DNA of 64,000 nucleotides, taken from contig CP158636.1 in NCBI GenBank assembly GCA_050273025.1, positions 186,001 to 250,000 on the forward strand. Direction: 5' to 3'. The position numbers were made by a program, and so were the translations under genes. This DNA comes from Cenococcum geophilum (Eukaryota). Of the stretch, positions 11,230 to 25,355 are shown piece after piece. The stretch's first letter is position 1; every line of letters starts with the position of its first letter. A model generated the notes under the pieces. The model was given only the letters and a program-made list of their open reading frames with translations, made no database searches and was not told the DNA's origin.

Positions 11230-14200
11230 CCCGTAAACATACCCGTTAGACCTATTATAGATATTATAGACCGCAAATAGGACCTATTTATATATATCAC
11301 CACTAAACGCTACACCCCTAAAGAATTCTATAGCGTTATAATTAATATAGGTATCTCTAAGAAATCTACTATAGGTTATAGACAATACCTTATATATAAG
11401 ACCACCATAAATAATAATACAAATATTAATACTCTACAAACTGGGGCCATAAATATCTAATTCGGCATCGGCTTAACTATATTAATTAAATCAATAGCAG
11501 TTAAGACCCTAATTAGCCTAGTTAACTTCCACGTAGTAAAAGTGGATACCCCTTTTCTACTCTATCTTATAGACATAAATAGGTTATAAGTTTACTATAA
11601 TAATATTACGGACACCATAATTGGCCCTATAACTGCCCTAGGAAGCAAGCATATTACCCTACCAATTATACAACGATTTAGACACCCGTTCCTTATATAG
11701 GGAGAGACTTTATAAACCTATATTTAGGAATCTTTTAACTATAACCTATACTACCTTACTAGTACTAAAATCCACTAACTATACTACCGCTTTAGCTACC
11801 CGTTAGCCAAAAAGCTATATAAAGTCCTTAAACGCTCTAGACACAACGACGTTAATAGGAAGGCAATTAACCACCTAACTAAATACTGCTCTTTTTGCTA
11901 GAAATACAGACGTTCCCTAAGTAGATTTAAGTTCACCCTTTATAAGGACCTTAACTTCAACCACTTAGTATACGTAGACATTATATATATTAATGGCAGT
12001 CTAGTATTATATATAATTAACAAGGCAACCCACTATTAAGCCGCCCGTTAGTTGCAAAATATATCTATAAAATATACTTAGGACATTTTACAAACCTACT
12101 AGATTAATATATACCTTAGACCTCCTAAGTATATTACCCACAACGCTAGTAAGAACTTTATTAGCAAGGAATTCCAATAGTATACTACGGCTATAGCTAT
12201 TTTAACAAAAGCCGTTCTAGTTAAGGCGCACTAGTTTATTAGGCTTATTAAGTGAGCTTACTTAGCCCTATAGAGAGCTTACTAGATTATTACAGACAAG
12301 TATAAGGATATTTAAAAGGAACTAGCTTTATAGATAGCTATAAAAGCTATTAATAACACCGCTAGCCCTAATGGACTAGTACTTACCCTCTTAGTTTATA
12401 GAGCTTACCTAAGAATAAGCAACCTAGGCCCTACTACCCTATCTATTATAGAATAAGCAGCTATAATACGGAAGGTAATAGCTAAAATAGTTAAATTACG
12501 GGCCAAATAAGCCGTTAACAGCGCTTTATATTACCACAACGGACCTAATATAACTTTAGTTTATAACCTCCCGCTTAATTCTAAAGTCCTTATATGGCGT
12601 AAGAGCGGCAATTAAACTAGACCTTACCGTTTACTAGCTATAGAAGATAAAACATATTATATATAACTCCCTAGCGGACTAACTAACTTTAAAAGCACGT
12701 CCGTAAAACCCTATTTTCGGTCTAAAAATACCTATACCGTTAAACTAGATAAATTAGAAGCACCCACCGAACTAAACAAACTAGAAACACCCCTACCTAC
12801 TCTAAAAGTCCCCTGTAAACCTACTAAACCTACTATAAAATATGGCCGAGGACGCCCCTAAAAGCACCCTATAATAAAGAACCCCGTAATAAAGAACTAC
12901 CTAACCTCTACAGGCATATCTATAAAGTAATCTCCGCCTATAGATATATTAGTTCTAGTATAGGAAACCCCTTTTATAGACTTACGACGTAAAAAGATTA
13001 ACGGACTACTTAAAAAGGGCGTCTTTGCGGTTATAACGAAAAAAGACGTTCCGTAAGGCGTCCGTATATTTAACTTACACTTTATTAATAAGATTAAGCA
13101 CCCTAGTACTAATAAAGCCTTTAAGAAGTCAAGGCTTGTTATACAAGCCTATAATAACTAGGGAAAGGGCTTAGTCCTTACGTAATTGCCTATAATTTAA
13201 CAAGTTAGTTAACGGATTATACTTACACTTACGCCTAAACTATAGCAAACTAAGCCCGTAGCCCTCTACTTATAGAATATCTTATAAGCCTATATATAAT
13301 CCAATACCTACCTAAGTAGGGACATCTTTATATAACTACCCCTTAAGCTTAACTTATAACTAGGAACAATTTTACAGGTTATAAAACCCCTTTACGGAGT
13401 GCTAGAAGCTGGAAACCACTAGTTTAAGACATACTACTAGTATTACGTCTATAAACTCAAAACGGAATAGTTAACCTATAACCCCTACCTTCTATATACA
13501 CTATTAAACGGCCTTAGTATTATTAAACTCTAAATAAATAATACCCTCTTTATAGCGGACTGGACTTTTATAAATGCTAAAGAGAATAAATTACAAAAGG
13601 CTAAGTTTCTAGTAAAGCTATAAGAGCAGTTAACTAAGTAGACCCCAGTTAAGTTTAATAGAGGCTTAATTATATAAAAGGGTAACCTAATCTAGTTAAC
13701 TTAGGAACGCCAAACTTAAAACCTAAGGCTTATTATAGTAAAGCCTACGGACCTTACTAGTTCCCGCGAAGAGACCTATAAGACTATAAATATAAAGGAC
13801 TAATACATCGTACAGCGTATAAGAGGCGCCTATATTACTATAGTCTATTAACCCAAATCTACCTACGACTTATCCTTTACGGCCTAGGTAATAGATCTGT
13901 AAGAGAAAGATATTAAGTAGCTAAATAAGTGTATTTAGTGGCAAATTAATAATGCAATAAGAGGACTTACTTTTATACTACTAGACCTAAATTCCCTTAG
14001 CGTAATAGTATTTACGGACGCCTCCTTTACCAATAATAGGGACCTATTATCGTAAATCGGCTTCGTAATTATACTTACGGACCGTAATTAGGACGCAAAT
14101 ATACTATATTAGTCTTTAATTAAATATAAATAAGTAACCCGCAGTGTACTAGCTTCTAAACTATATATACTAGCCTATAGCTTTAATATAGCAGCCGTAA

Positions 14201-14510
14201 TCAAATTAACAATCTAGAAGATCCTATAATTAGAGCAGCTACCCCTGGTTTTATATACCGATTTAAAGTCCCTCTACGACTACCTAGTCAAACTAGGTAC
14301 AATATAGGAGAAGAGGCTTATAGTCGACCTAATATACTTATATCAGGCCTATAAACAACGTAAGATTACGGAGGTTAAATGGATTAGCACTAAAGACAAC
14401 CTAGTAAACGCTATAACTAAGGCAAAGCCGTGCCAAGCTCTTAAAACCCTAATTAATATAAATAAGCTCAACCTAAGGGTTATAGAATGGGTGGAACAAG
14501 ACTAACGGAG
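11230..14510 (+). mobile_element. Ty1/Copia LTR retrotransposon 1, pol region (PR-INT-RT-RH); 5' part not adjacent
   Basis: RIP-reversed motifs in Copia order: FYGVMIDTGASKKST (~11325), HRRFGHP..CSFCQKY (~11785-11905), KSRLVIQAY (~13125), KPLYGVPEAGNHW (~13385), QTDDTL (~13530), FTDASFAN (~14010), DSKSLYDCLVKLG (~14260), DNPADAMTK (~14395). Confidence 0.93.
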
Positions 14511-14721
14511 CACTTACGGTTTATTTACGGCCCGTTAAAAGGCTGTACGGTCTACTTTACAGACCGTAAGTAGGACTTACGACTAGCTTAGAGTACTGTT
14601 TAAAAGGCAGCCCAGAAGGCACCTTAGGAGGGATTTCCTATATATTTCTTTTATATTTTACGGCTCCATTAAAGCAATTACGGAGGTTAGATATAATTAA
14701 GTCATTTCCAAGTACCGCCAG

Positions 14722-14936
14722 TATATAATTATAGCACGTGGTACACTAAACGCATAGTTACGCGTTTAGTGCACTAACTACTTAGGTACTAACTAATTAG
14801 GGGGAGGCGCGTTAGTATATAGACTACGTAGTCTACCTTAATAGAATCGACAGTTACTACTATCCTAAAGAGCATATAATACTATACGTATTTCGTGCCC
14901 CGGGATATAACTCACTTATATTATTAAGTTAATACA
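14722..14936 (+). repeat. Probable 3' LTR of Copia 1
   Basis: Follows pol and the 3' UTR. Starts TATAT (RIP of TGTGT) and ends ATACA, just before Gypsy integrase sequence resumes. Internal hairpin at ~14741-14774. There is no partner LTR in the window. Confidence 0.6.
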
Positions 14937-14938
14937 AA

Positions 14939-16463
14939 TAATAACTAAGTAAGAAGTTAAACTATATTAGACTAGGACCTTTTAAAATTAAGTAAAAGAT
15001 TTTACCAGTTATATTTAAGTTAAACCTATTAGCTAAAATAAAGATCTACTTTATATAGTATATTATAATACTAGAGCTAGTATATAGAAATATTAAGCTA
15101 TTAGTTTATAAAGCAGATACGTATAAAGGATAGGAAGAAGATAAATAGTAAGTTATAAAGATCGTTAATTATAAGGACATTAATAACAAAATATAGTATA
15201 AAGTTAAGTAGATAGGCTATAATAAGACTACTTAAGAACTACTAGAGAACCTAAAAAACGCTATAGGAAAGGTATAGGAGTATTAAAAGAGATTAGGTTA
15301 GGTAGTATTAAAAAAAAGATTACTAAAAAATAAGTTACCTAAAGGGGACTTAAGAAGAGTAGTTACTAAACTACTTAAATCTATTTCCTTTTTAGCTAAA
15401 AGAGAATTTGTTTTTTTATTATTAAGTTTCTATAGACCCTATTTTATAAGCTTTTACTCCTTAAAGCGAACCTTTTTATATACCTTCTTAAGACGGATTA
15501 ACTAAGTAAACGCTATAAGATAAGACTTAAGGGCCCATTACTAAGTATTAGTAGCCTCCTATTCTGCGTTATAAGAATAGCGTAACTCTGCTAGAGTAAT
15601 AGATAGTTTATTATCTAGCTATATAGTAATAGATTAAATATAAAACCCTAAGATAAATTAATTAGGAAACTAGATAACTATTAAGAGTAATAAATTGTGT
15701 ATATTTAGCATTAGAGATAGAGTAAACGTTATAGGACGAATAAATATTTGCTTTAGTACACTCTAAATAAGAAAATAATTGTCGCGAAAATAGGTTCGCC
15801 AACGCAATATAAACTAACCTCTTTTTTAAATAGTAAAAATATAAAAATAGTATAATCTTACTAAGAGACAATATTATAGTAATAGTGCGAATGCAATAAG
15901 CAGTTAAGGAAGAAGAAATTGCTTTAGGTATAATAAGTAATAATATTAACTAAATTAATTAGACGGATATTATACCTTTAGTAAATAACTTAAAGATATT
16001 AGGAATCTTTAAGAACAAAAATAAAGAAGAGGGAGATAGTATTATAGACGCTTTAAGTATAATATTACAACTACTTAGGGAAGGGTTAAAAGAAGCTAGT
16101 TAGTTAATATAAGTATGGTCTAGAATAGAGCCGATAGAGCTATATAATAAGGAATAGTAACTAAGGTTATATAATATAATTTATATAATCTATAAGATCT
16201 ATATAATCCGTAATAAAGTAAATAGAGTATATATATATTACGTATAAGAAGGATTTTATAGAAGTACGGTTGTATATTTAAGGACCCTTAATCCCTACCT
16301 AGATAGTTCCTTCCTTATAATAATTCTTAGAATATAATTAAAGTTAATCTATTAGGCAACTACTCTACTAGTTATTATTATATTATTAATTTTAATTTAT
16401 ATTACCTATACACCTAGCCTAATAATAAGCCTATTGTAGTTCCTACTATAAGGTTTTATTATA
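14939..16463 (+). mobile_element. 3' fragment of Gypsy family A (integrase C-terminus, chromodomain, antisense region, PPT, 3' LTR 16040-16463)
   Basis: KKLDYVRLGPFKI, then chromodomain WYKVKWIGYDETTWEPLENL. Colinear with the reverse complement of 25356-26885. PPT gagggagatag precedes the LTR. Confidence 0.92.
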
Positions 16464-16573
16464 TTTTATAGGTATACTTATATAGAGAGTATATACAGCT
16501 CTACTATAGTATACTTAATAGTTTTAGGGTTTTAATTACCTCCCCCTTACGTATAGGTAATCTACGCTAGCAC

Positions 16574-16712
16574 TAGAGGGTCTTTACGGGTACTCGCTAC
16601 TAGTAATAGCAGGTCCTCTATTATATTTATAACTAGTACCTCTACATTTAGAGGGTTTGTATAGGTACTCGCTACTAGTAATAATAGGTCCTCTATTATA
16701 TTTATAACTGGC
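16574..16712 (+). repeat. 75-bp tandem duplication (about 1.9 units)
   Basis: tagaggg...gtactcgctactagtaatagcaggtcctctattatatttataact starts at both 16574 and 16649. Confidence 0.8.
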
Positions 16713-18404
16713 GTAAAGAAGGAGTCTTCTAGCTATAGTAAATAGACTATTTTATTAGCCTTAATATCTACTAGGAAAGCGTTAAGGGTAACTATTTAAA
16801 GGTATCTAAGATTTAAAGTACCTTAGATAAACTATCTAAAATAAAAGCTAATTAATAGATCTGCTTCTGCGAGCTAATCCTATCTAAGAACTATATTATA
16901 ACTATTAAATAAACTACCCTAAAAGGTCTGCGGGCTAATAATGTAAGGGGTACCCTAGGAGTCGCTAGTAGTAACTATTAAATTATAAGTATCCTAAATT
17001 ATTATTTAGTTGCTATTAAGGAAATATATAATAGGTTTACATAAATATAGCGCGTAGCGTATAGGTAGGTTAAACTTATAAATAATATCTTAATTAATAA
17101 GGTTAATTTAGCACCTATTATTATATAAGGTATATAGGTAGACTTCGCCCTAGGGTATATCTATCGCAATATATACTATAATGCGTTTCTTCTCTCCCTC
17201 TATACTAGATACTTTAATTCCTAATTTAGTACCTAACCTTAATAAATTAGAGCTTTTAGGTTGCGAGGTTTAATACTAATAAGACCAATAAGCGGGCCTA
17301 GAGGTTCCTACTATGCGATAAACACCTCTCTTTAAGTAATTAGCTAGCTTCATTATATATAGCGCCTTTCTTACTCTATTTCCTTATAGTAAAGCCAATT
17401 TTAATATACTATAAAGCCGTATAGTTACCCTAGCTACGTATAATAAGCATATACTTAAGTATTAGGATAATTAGTTTAGCCGCCACCCCTTATTTCGCTA
17501 TTATATATTTAATTAAATTATAAAAGAGCAAGCCCTTAACGCTACCTACTTCCTTTACGGCCAATTAAATAAAAATAGTCTATTTTTAAATAAGCTTAGT
17601 AATCTTATAAATAGTAATAGGGGTAGCTAGTTATTAAATAAGATTATACGGTATATACGGAACCTTAAGGGCACTAGATCTTACTAGAGGCAAAAGAGAA
17701 ATAAGCTTACGGCTTATATTAAGAATATTAAGAGCGGGTCTCTATTCTTTACACTTAGCGCTACTAATCTATATTAGTATAATTTACACTTTTATATACC
17801 TCTATTTAACAAATATAAGACTACTAATAAGGCTTAATACTACCAGATTGCTTCTTAAAATCTTAATAATAATCCATATATTACTACTTATTAGCTATAT
17901 CACCGCCTTAATCTATTTAGAAAGCACGTACTTATAGGCCTATTTAATAGTATTGACTTTTAGTCTTAATATAAGTAGTAGGTATAAGGTAGTAGCTATA
18001 TATATAGCTTCTTATAGAGTTTAATAGCCCTAAAGCCAGATCTATTAGCTAGTGACTTAAGGGCGGCTTTTACTAAGTACTAGGCTACTTTTATATCTAT
18101 AATTAATCCTAATTAATCTAGGCCTCCTAATCTCTAATATCCTTCTACTCTTAGCTATAAAGAATAGCTTAATACTAGTAAGCTTCTTACTACCTACCTT
18201 AATCAATTTTAACGGCACCGTAATTATACCGAATCTTACTACTTAAGATTAAAAAAAGGCTCTACTAGAGCAAAAGAGTGCCGCTTTTATTTTCTACGCT
18301 TTTTCCGCAATAAGGCCACTATATTAAAGGATTAAAATCCATATTACTAGACGTTCTATCTATAGCATAATAATAAGCTTTTTAATAGTTATAATACAGC
18401 TATA

Positions 18405-21400
18405 TATTACGGCACTAGCAGAACTTAGTAGAACTACGCACCAGCAAGTTACTATAGATTGCCGTATATTACGGTTACGTGACGCGAAGATCGTATATAG
18501 CTTTAAGTGGTGCTCCCCTTCTTCTCCTTTCCTTTCTTTAGCTTTAGATTTTTGTTTATAGACAATCCAATTATATAGACTTACGCGACCATTTTACTGT
18601 ACTTATATCTTAATTAACTAAGTCGCTAATATTATCTAAAGCTTACTCTACTCTTTTTTCCTAAGAAGGAACTTAAATATATCTACAAGAATATAGAACA
18701 GGACCCTAAGGATATTACTAGGACTATAAGGACAGGACCTAAAAGAAAAAAACAAAACCCTAAGGAAAGGACCTATAAGACACATATAGACTAGAACCCC
18801 TAAAGAAATTACCCGGAATTACTTAATACCCCTACCACTATGCCACGAACTATAGTAGTAGGTAAAGTAGCTATAGGACCCTTAAATACTTTAAACAAAG
18901 AAACAATTAACGTTTTAACCCCCTAGGCGGAGCTTACGGCTACTAATACCGAAATTAAATAATTACAAGAGCTGCTTAAAGCTAGAGATACCCCTATATC
19001 TAATAATAAGTTATTATTAAACAACTAAAGACTTACTATAGTCCTTTAGGCCCTATCCTAGTGCCTTAGTAGATCTATTAAGGCCTATATAGCACTAAAG
19101 CGGTTAGTAAAGGTCGCGGACCCCCTACTACTTACAAACAGAACTAACCCTATATTTAATAATTAGAAGCTCTAATTACGGGATAAGCTTAAAGTTAATA
19201 TAAACCACTTCCCTAACGCCTAAGCTAGAATAGCCTATATTTTTAGCCGTACTAGCAGAGACGCCTAGACGTATTTACGCCCGCGATATACTAAAGACTT
19301 AACAGACCCCTTTATCTCTAAAGAAGAAATAATTAAATACTTATCTTTTATTTATAAGGACCCTTTTAAAGTATAAAACGCCCACCTTAGCTATAAAAGC
19401 CTAAATATAAAAATAACGGAGACCTTTTTAGCCTTCTAAACCTACTTTCTATACCTAGCCGGATAGGCCCAGATCCCCTAAAAAGACCTACTACTAGACC
19501 TCTTTAATAAGCTTACCCTGGACCTATAGCGGGCCGTATTACCAGCTTATACTATAGTATAGACATTAAAGGAACTTATGGACTATTGCCTAGCTATTAA
19601 CTAAGGCCTCTATTAAATTAAGGCACGCGCTAACTAGCTAAAAACTAGAAACCTTATAAACTAGGCCGTAAGTACTATAAGTACGGCCCGTAGTACCCTA
19701 GCATAATTGGCAACTCCTATAGCTAACCTAGCAGCTAGCCGCGTAGCTACCCCTACTATAGGCCTAGTATACACCCGGCTTATATACAGCAACCCCTATA
19801 TATAGGCCCTTAGCGATTAAGGAGCTTACTTCTTATATAGTTAAATAGGCTACCTTATAAGGAACTGCCTAATAAAGGTAAGGATAAACAAGGTCCTATT
19901 AATTTAGGAGGATAGTATAGAGCCGGAAAAAGAGGAACCCTAGAGAAAGACTTCTCTCTAGAGTTAAAAGGGATTAATATATTATATATTAATCTAGGTC
20001 GGCTAATTAGTAGAAAAAGCTACACTATCCCTTATACTTTATTTTATAATAGATATTAAGTTTTAACCTCTACTTTAGCTGACTTAGGAGTAAATGCCTT
20101 TACCTTAATTAATATAAAGTACGCTATAAAACTGGCTAACTTTTTAAATACACCCCTTAAAGAACTGCCTAAACTAATCCCTATTCGCGGTTATAACGGA
20201 TAGATAGGGCTACCTATTATAACTATCTTACGGATCTACCTCCGCGTTAACGGACGAAGGTAATATAATATCCCTTTTTTTATTATAGACTTAGGAAGCT
20301 ATAATATAATTTTAAAAAGAAAATAGCTAGCCTATTTAGGCTTATAGCTTAAAGTACGAAGTAGACGGCTTATCTAGCCTAAAACTCTACCCTTAACCCC
20401 TTCCTTTATAAAAGAAATCAGCATTATAATAGAAAACCTTATACGGCCTTAGATTAATACTATTTACTAGGCCAATGCTATACGCAGAAACTAGGCCTTT
20501 AAAAAGAACGTACAGCTTAACCTATAACAGATCCGTATACTATACCGCCCCTAAACTACCTATATTACGCTACCCGCACTAAAGACCTAGGAAGTCGGTA
20601 ATAACCTAGCTAAGCTCCCTATAGAGAACCCTATAAAACTATAAAGGAAAGCCAGGGATATCGGACGCTATACTAAACTAATAGATAGAAAGGACAACTT
20701 ATAGAAAATAGAACGTGAGCTAAGGAAGACTATAAACCCTATACCGTAAACTACGGCCTAATAGACGCTAAAGAAACCTACAGACCTCCTACTAGTTAAT
20801 ATCTACTATATTAGCGCTGTAGGATTCTACTAAAACCTAGTTTAGCTTAATACCGTTACCTTTATAACTAGCCTATATAAAATTAACCGAATAATTAAAG
20901 AAAAAGAAAGTAAGCTTAGCGGATAGGAAAGCGGGCTTATAGATAAAGAACTAGTGGAGTAAAAACTGCCCAATTAACACTAGAAATTTAAGGACGTATT
21001 CTCTAAGGTAGCGTCTAATATACTTCTACCCTACTAACTATATAACCATAAGATTAAGATTAAGCAAGATAAGGGAAGTACCCTTAGCTTTAGCCCTCTC
21101 TACCTATAGTCTATTGCCAAATTATAGGCTATAAAGTAGTACCTTATAGACAACCTAAATAAGGGCTTTATTAAGCCTAGCTAAGCCCCTTTTAACTCAC
21201 CTATTCTCTTTATTAAAAAGCTAAATAGAGGACTACGCTTCTATATTAACTACTATAAGCTAAATAATATAACCCGCAAGGACCGCTACCTACTACCCTT
21301 ACTTAATAAGACTCTTACCTAAATAAGTAGAGCTAAGGTTTTTATAAAGCTTAATATCCGCTAGGCCTTTTACCAAATTAGGATAAACCCTAGGTTTAAG

Positions 21401-24382
21401 GATCTTATTATATTCTAAACCCGTTATAGGACGTATAAATATAAGGTACTTCCTTTTAGACTAACCAACGGACTAGCTACGTACTAGCGGTATATAAATA
21501 ATATACTCTTTAACTACCTTAACGACTTCTATACGGCCTATCTAGATAATATTATAATTTATTTGGAGAATAAACTAGAATATAAGGAGTATATCTATAA
21601 AGTCTTATAACAGCTCCGCGAAGCTAGCCTCCAGGCTAATATTAAGAAGTTAGAATTTAGTATTAAGCGTATAAAGTACTAGGTTTTATTATTAGTATAG
21701 ATAGAATTAAGGCCAACCTAGAGAAAACAACTGTAATTAACTAGTGGACGCCCCCTTAGACCGTAAAGGGGGTGTAATTGTTTTTAGGTTTCTATAACTT
21801 CTACTAACACTTTATTAAGAACTATAGTAGGATTACCTAGCCTCTTAACCGCCTTACTAGGAAAGACTAGCCCTTTTACTTTAACGCTATATATATGTAG
21901 GCCTTTAATAAGCTTAAAAAACGGCTAGTGTTAGCCCCCCTACTTGCCTACTTTAACCTAGAACGGCCCTTAATGCTAGAAACTAATGCCTTAGATAGCG
22001 TAATAGTTAGTATTTTTTCCTAGAAGCAACCGGACGGAGAATGGCACCCTATTATATACTATTTAAAGACTATAATAGATGCTAAACTAAACTACTATAT
22101 CTATAATAAAGAAATGCTAACTATTATCTCTAGCTTTTAGCACTGGCGTATATAGCTAAAGGGGACCCCTAAACCTATTAAAGTAGTATTAGATTATAAG
22201 GCCCTAGAATACTTTATAATAACTAAAGCCCTTATAGCCTAGCAGGCACGCTAGGCGGACGTCCTATCTTAGTTTAACTTCTTAATTATATATAGACTAG
22301 GCGCTACGAACTGTATAGATACTCTTATTAGGCGCGAATAAGACCTAAGTAACTATACGGCTATGAAGATCTTATTATAGACCTAGATACTACTATAACT
22401 AGAGCACCTTAACCCCCGGATATAGGCAAAACTAAGTATAAACCCCTTAGGCGCCAAGATATATCCTATTAACCCTTTAGGACTTAACTTAATTAATAAA
22501 TTGCTGTAAATAAACCATACGGCCCCTTTTTTATAGGAGTACCATAAAAAGGTAAAGAACGTTACTAGCCTATAGTCCCTTAAAAATAGATTACTTAAGT
22601 ATTAGGAACGGCTAGTAGTGGTAAAGGAATAAAACTTATAGACTTAGCTTATTACTAAAGCATATACCTAGGTCTCTACGGCTTACCCTAGAAAGAATAA
22701 GACCCGTAGGATTATTAGCGACCGCTACTACTAGCCTAGAATAGTTATAGATATTAACCGCTATATACAGAACTATAACGACTGCTATAGGTCTATAATC
22801 CCACGAGATAAGACCCTAGAACTATTAAAACCCCTCCTAATACCCGACCGCCCCTAGTAATATATCTCTATAGACTTTTATAAGCTACCTCTAAACCATA
22901 ACGGATATAATATAGTTATAATTCTGGTTAACTACTTTAGCAAGCGCCCGTTCTTAATTCCCTATTATAAAAATATTAATGCTAAAGAGGCAGCCTAATT
23001 GTATATCCACTATATCTACCAAATTTATGGACTACTAAACACTATTATATCTAATTATAGGCCGTAGTTTATATTAGCCTTTTGGAATAAGTTTACCCAA
23101 ATCTTAGGTATTAAGCTAAAGCTTTCTATAGTATATTACTCTTAGATAGACGGTTAAATGGAAATTATAAATTAATACTTAGACCAAAGACTTCGGCCTT
23201 TTGTTAACTACTTCTAGGATAACTAGGCCAAACTATTACCCTTAATAGACTACGCCCAAGCAACCCTACCCTACAACTCTACCGGATTTGCCCCTATTTA
23301 ACTAGAAATAGGTTACCTACCCTATATAAGCTTTAACTAGGAAAGACCAGAAGGGCCCTAGACTATACGCGAAAAACTATCTTATAAAGAAGCCTAGTAG
23401 TACGCTAAGCGCTTAAAAGAAGCCTAGAAAGTAGCCTATATAAACCTAAAAAAGGCCTAAAAATTAATAGAACAGCAGGTAAATAAGCATAGGCGCGAGC
23501 CTAATTTTACTATAGGCGATATAGTCTAGGTCACGATAAAGAACTAGAAGATAGAATGGCCTAGCTATAAGCTAGACTATAAAATAGCAGGACCGTATAA
23601 GATTCTTAACAAAGTAGGTAACTTATATAAGGTTAAGCTCCTAGACTTAATTAAAGTCTACCTTATCTTCTTACTGGATAAGCTACGGAAAGCTATAAAT
23701 AACCTACTACTTAGACAAAAGAATGAACCTCCCCTACTAATTTAAGTTAATAATAATAATAAATAGGAAATTAAAGAAATACTAGCCTGTAAACTTGTAA
23801 AGGGAACGTTAAAGTATTATATTAGTTAGAAAGGATATAACCTAGACCCCACTTAGTACCCTATATAGAACTTTATAGGTAGCCCCTATAAGCTTTAGGA
23901 GTTTTATAGTTATTACCCTAATAAACCTAGACCGCTAAAGTACCTAGATAAGTAGATAGAATGCTAGTATAATAAAGACAATAAGCTGCTAGAAGAACAT
24001 AAGGACAAAAACGCCCTAGAAATTTCTTAATTATATAAGGTATTAAAATATCCAGGAACTTTAACCAGCGGTTAAAGTTATCTAATTAGTCAGATTCTCT
24101 TATTAAGACTTTTAGCGGCAAAGCCTAAGGGCAGGCTTTTTTAGAGGGGGGGTAATGTTATAGTACTGGCAGAACTTAGCAGAACTACGTACTGGCAAGT
24201 TACTACAGATTGCCATATATTGCGGTCACGTAACGCGAAGATCGTATATAGCTTTAAGCGGCGCTCCCCTTCTTCTCCTTTCCTTTCTTTAGCTTTAGAT
24301 TCTCGTTTATAGACAATCCAATCATATAGGCTTGCGCGACCATTTTGCCGTACTTATATCTTAATTAACTAAGTCGCTAACA
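18405..24382 (+). mobile_element. Full-length Gypsy/chromovirus family B, RIP-inactivated
   Basis: 227-bp LTRs at 18405-18631 and 24156-24382 (the latter still TG...CA). TSD CTATA at 18400-18404 and 24383-24387. PPT gagggggggtaa. gag from ATG 18840, protease DSGANA (~20080), RT YLDD (~21539), RNase H ETDASD (~21980), integrase HPQTDGQ (~23137), chromodomain (~23760-23880). Confidence 0.97.
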
Positions 24383-25355
24383 CTATAATACTAGCGTAGG
24401 TAGCGAATATTAATACGTTACCTGCTATGAGTATATTAGTAATAGTTAACTATATAGGCAAATATTACAGTAAGAAAGAGAAGAAGTTAACTTCCTATTA
24501 GGAGTTACTCCAATTAGTATAGCCGCACGCTAATAGCCTTTATGCCTTCAGTTCGGTTATAGCTAGGTTTATAAATAAGCTTATTACTAAACGCGATTAG
24601 TTAACGTAGGAGGTATACTATCTACTTCTTAATATTCCCCTTTGCGAAGGCTCTAAGAATATAATAACTTTAGACTACTACTAGGAGGATAATTAAAGCG
24701 CTACGTATAAGCTTAATAATAGGCAACTAAAAGGGTGCGGACTATCTAACTATAAGAAATATAAGCGCCGCCCAGATAGAGTAGAAGACGTTACTTTTCT
24801 TAATTTTCTACTCCATTTTAATTACTCTATTTATAAGCATTGGTTAAGAGTAAGGCCTTAAGTTATATTATACTTTCCGCAATATAATGGTAATTATTTC
24901 CATCTATAGTATCCTAAGTTCTACTATATAAAGCTTATTCTTTATTACCCGTAGAGGGAATATAAGGAAGTAGCTACTTATATTAATAGATTTGGGGCCC
25001 CTAATTATATAGCTTCCTATTAGGCTTATATTAACTCTTATTAGCACTTACCTAACTACTTTTATAATTAGAAACTAGACGAAGGCCGTAAAACTACTAA
25101 TAATATTAATAAGTTTAATGGCGGTTTTATAGACGACTTAGAGCTATACTAGTCCTTTAAGGCCCTATATGCCCGCGTTTAAAATACTAATAGAGTTAAA
25201 ATTAAGGATTTTAACAGGCTTAGTGATAGGGAGCTTAATTATAACTACGACTAAAGTATATATTAGGGTACGTACCCGCAGCTTAATAAGAGAACTTATT
25301 AGTAGGAAGTATAGCTATAGCCTTTACTATAAAGCCGCCTATTCTAAATAGTAAC

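Noticed and set aside
25169..25351. 60-aa ORF
   Set aside because: It lies within the degenerate Helitron Rep-helicase linker and is not a separate gene.
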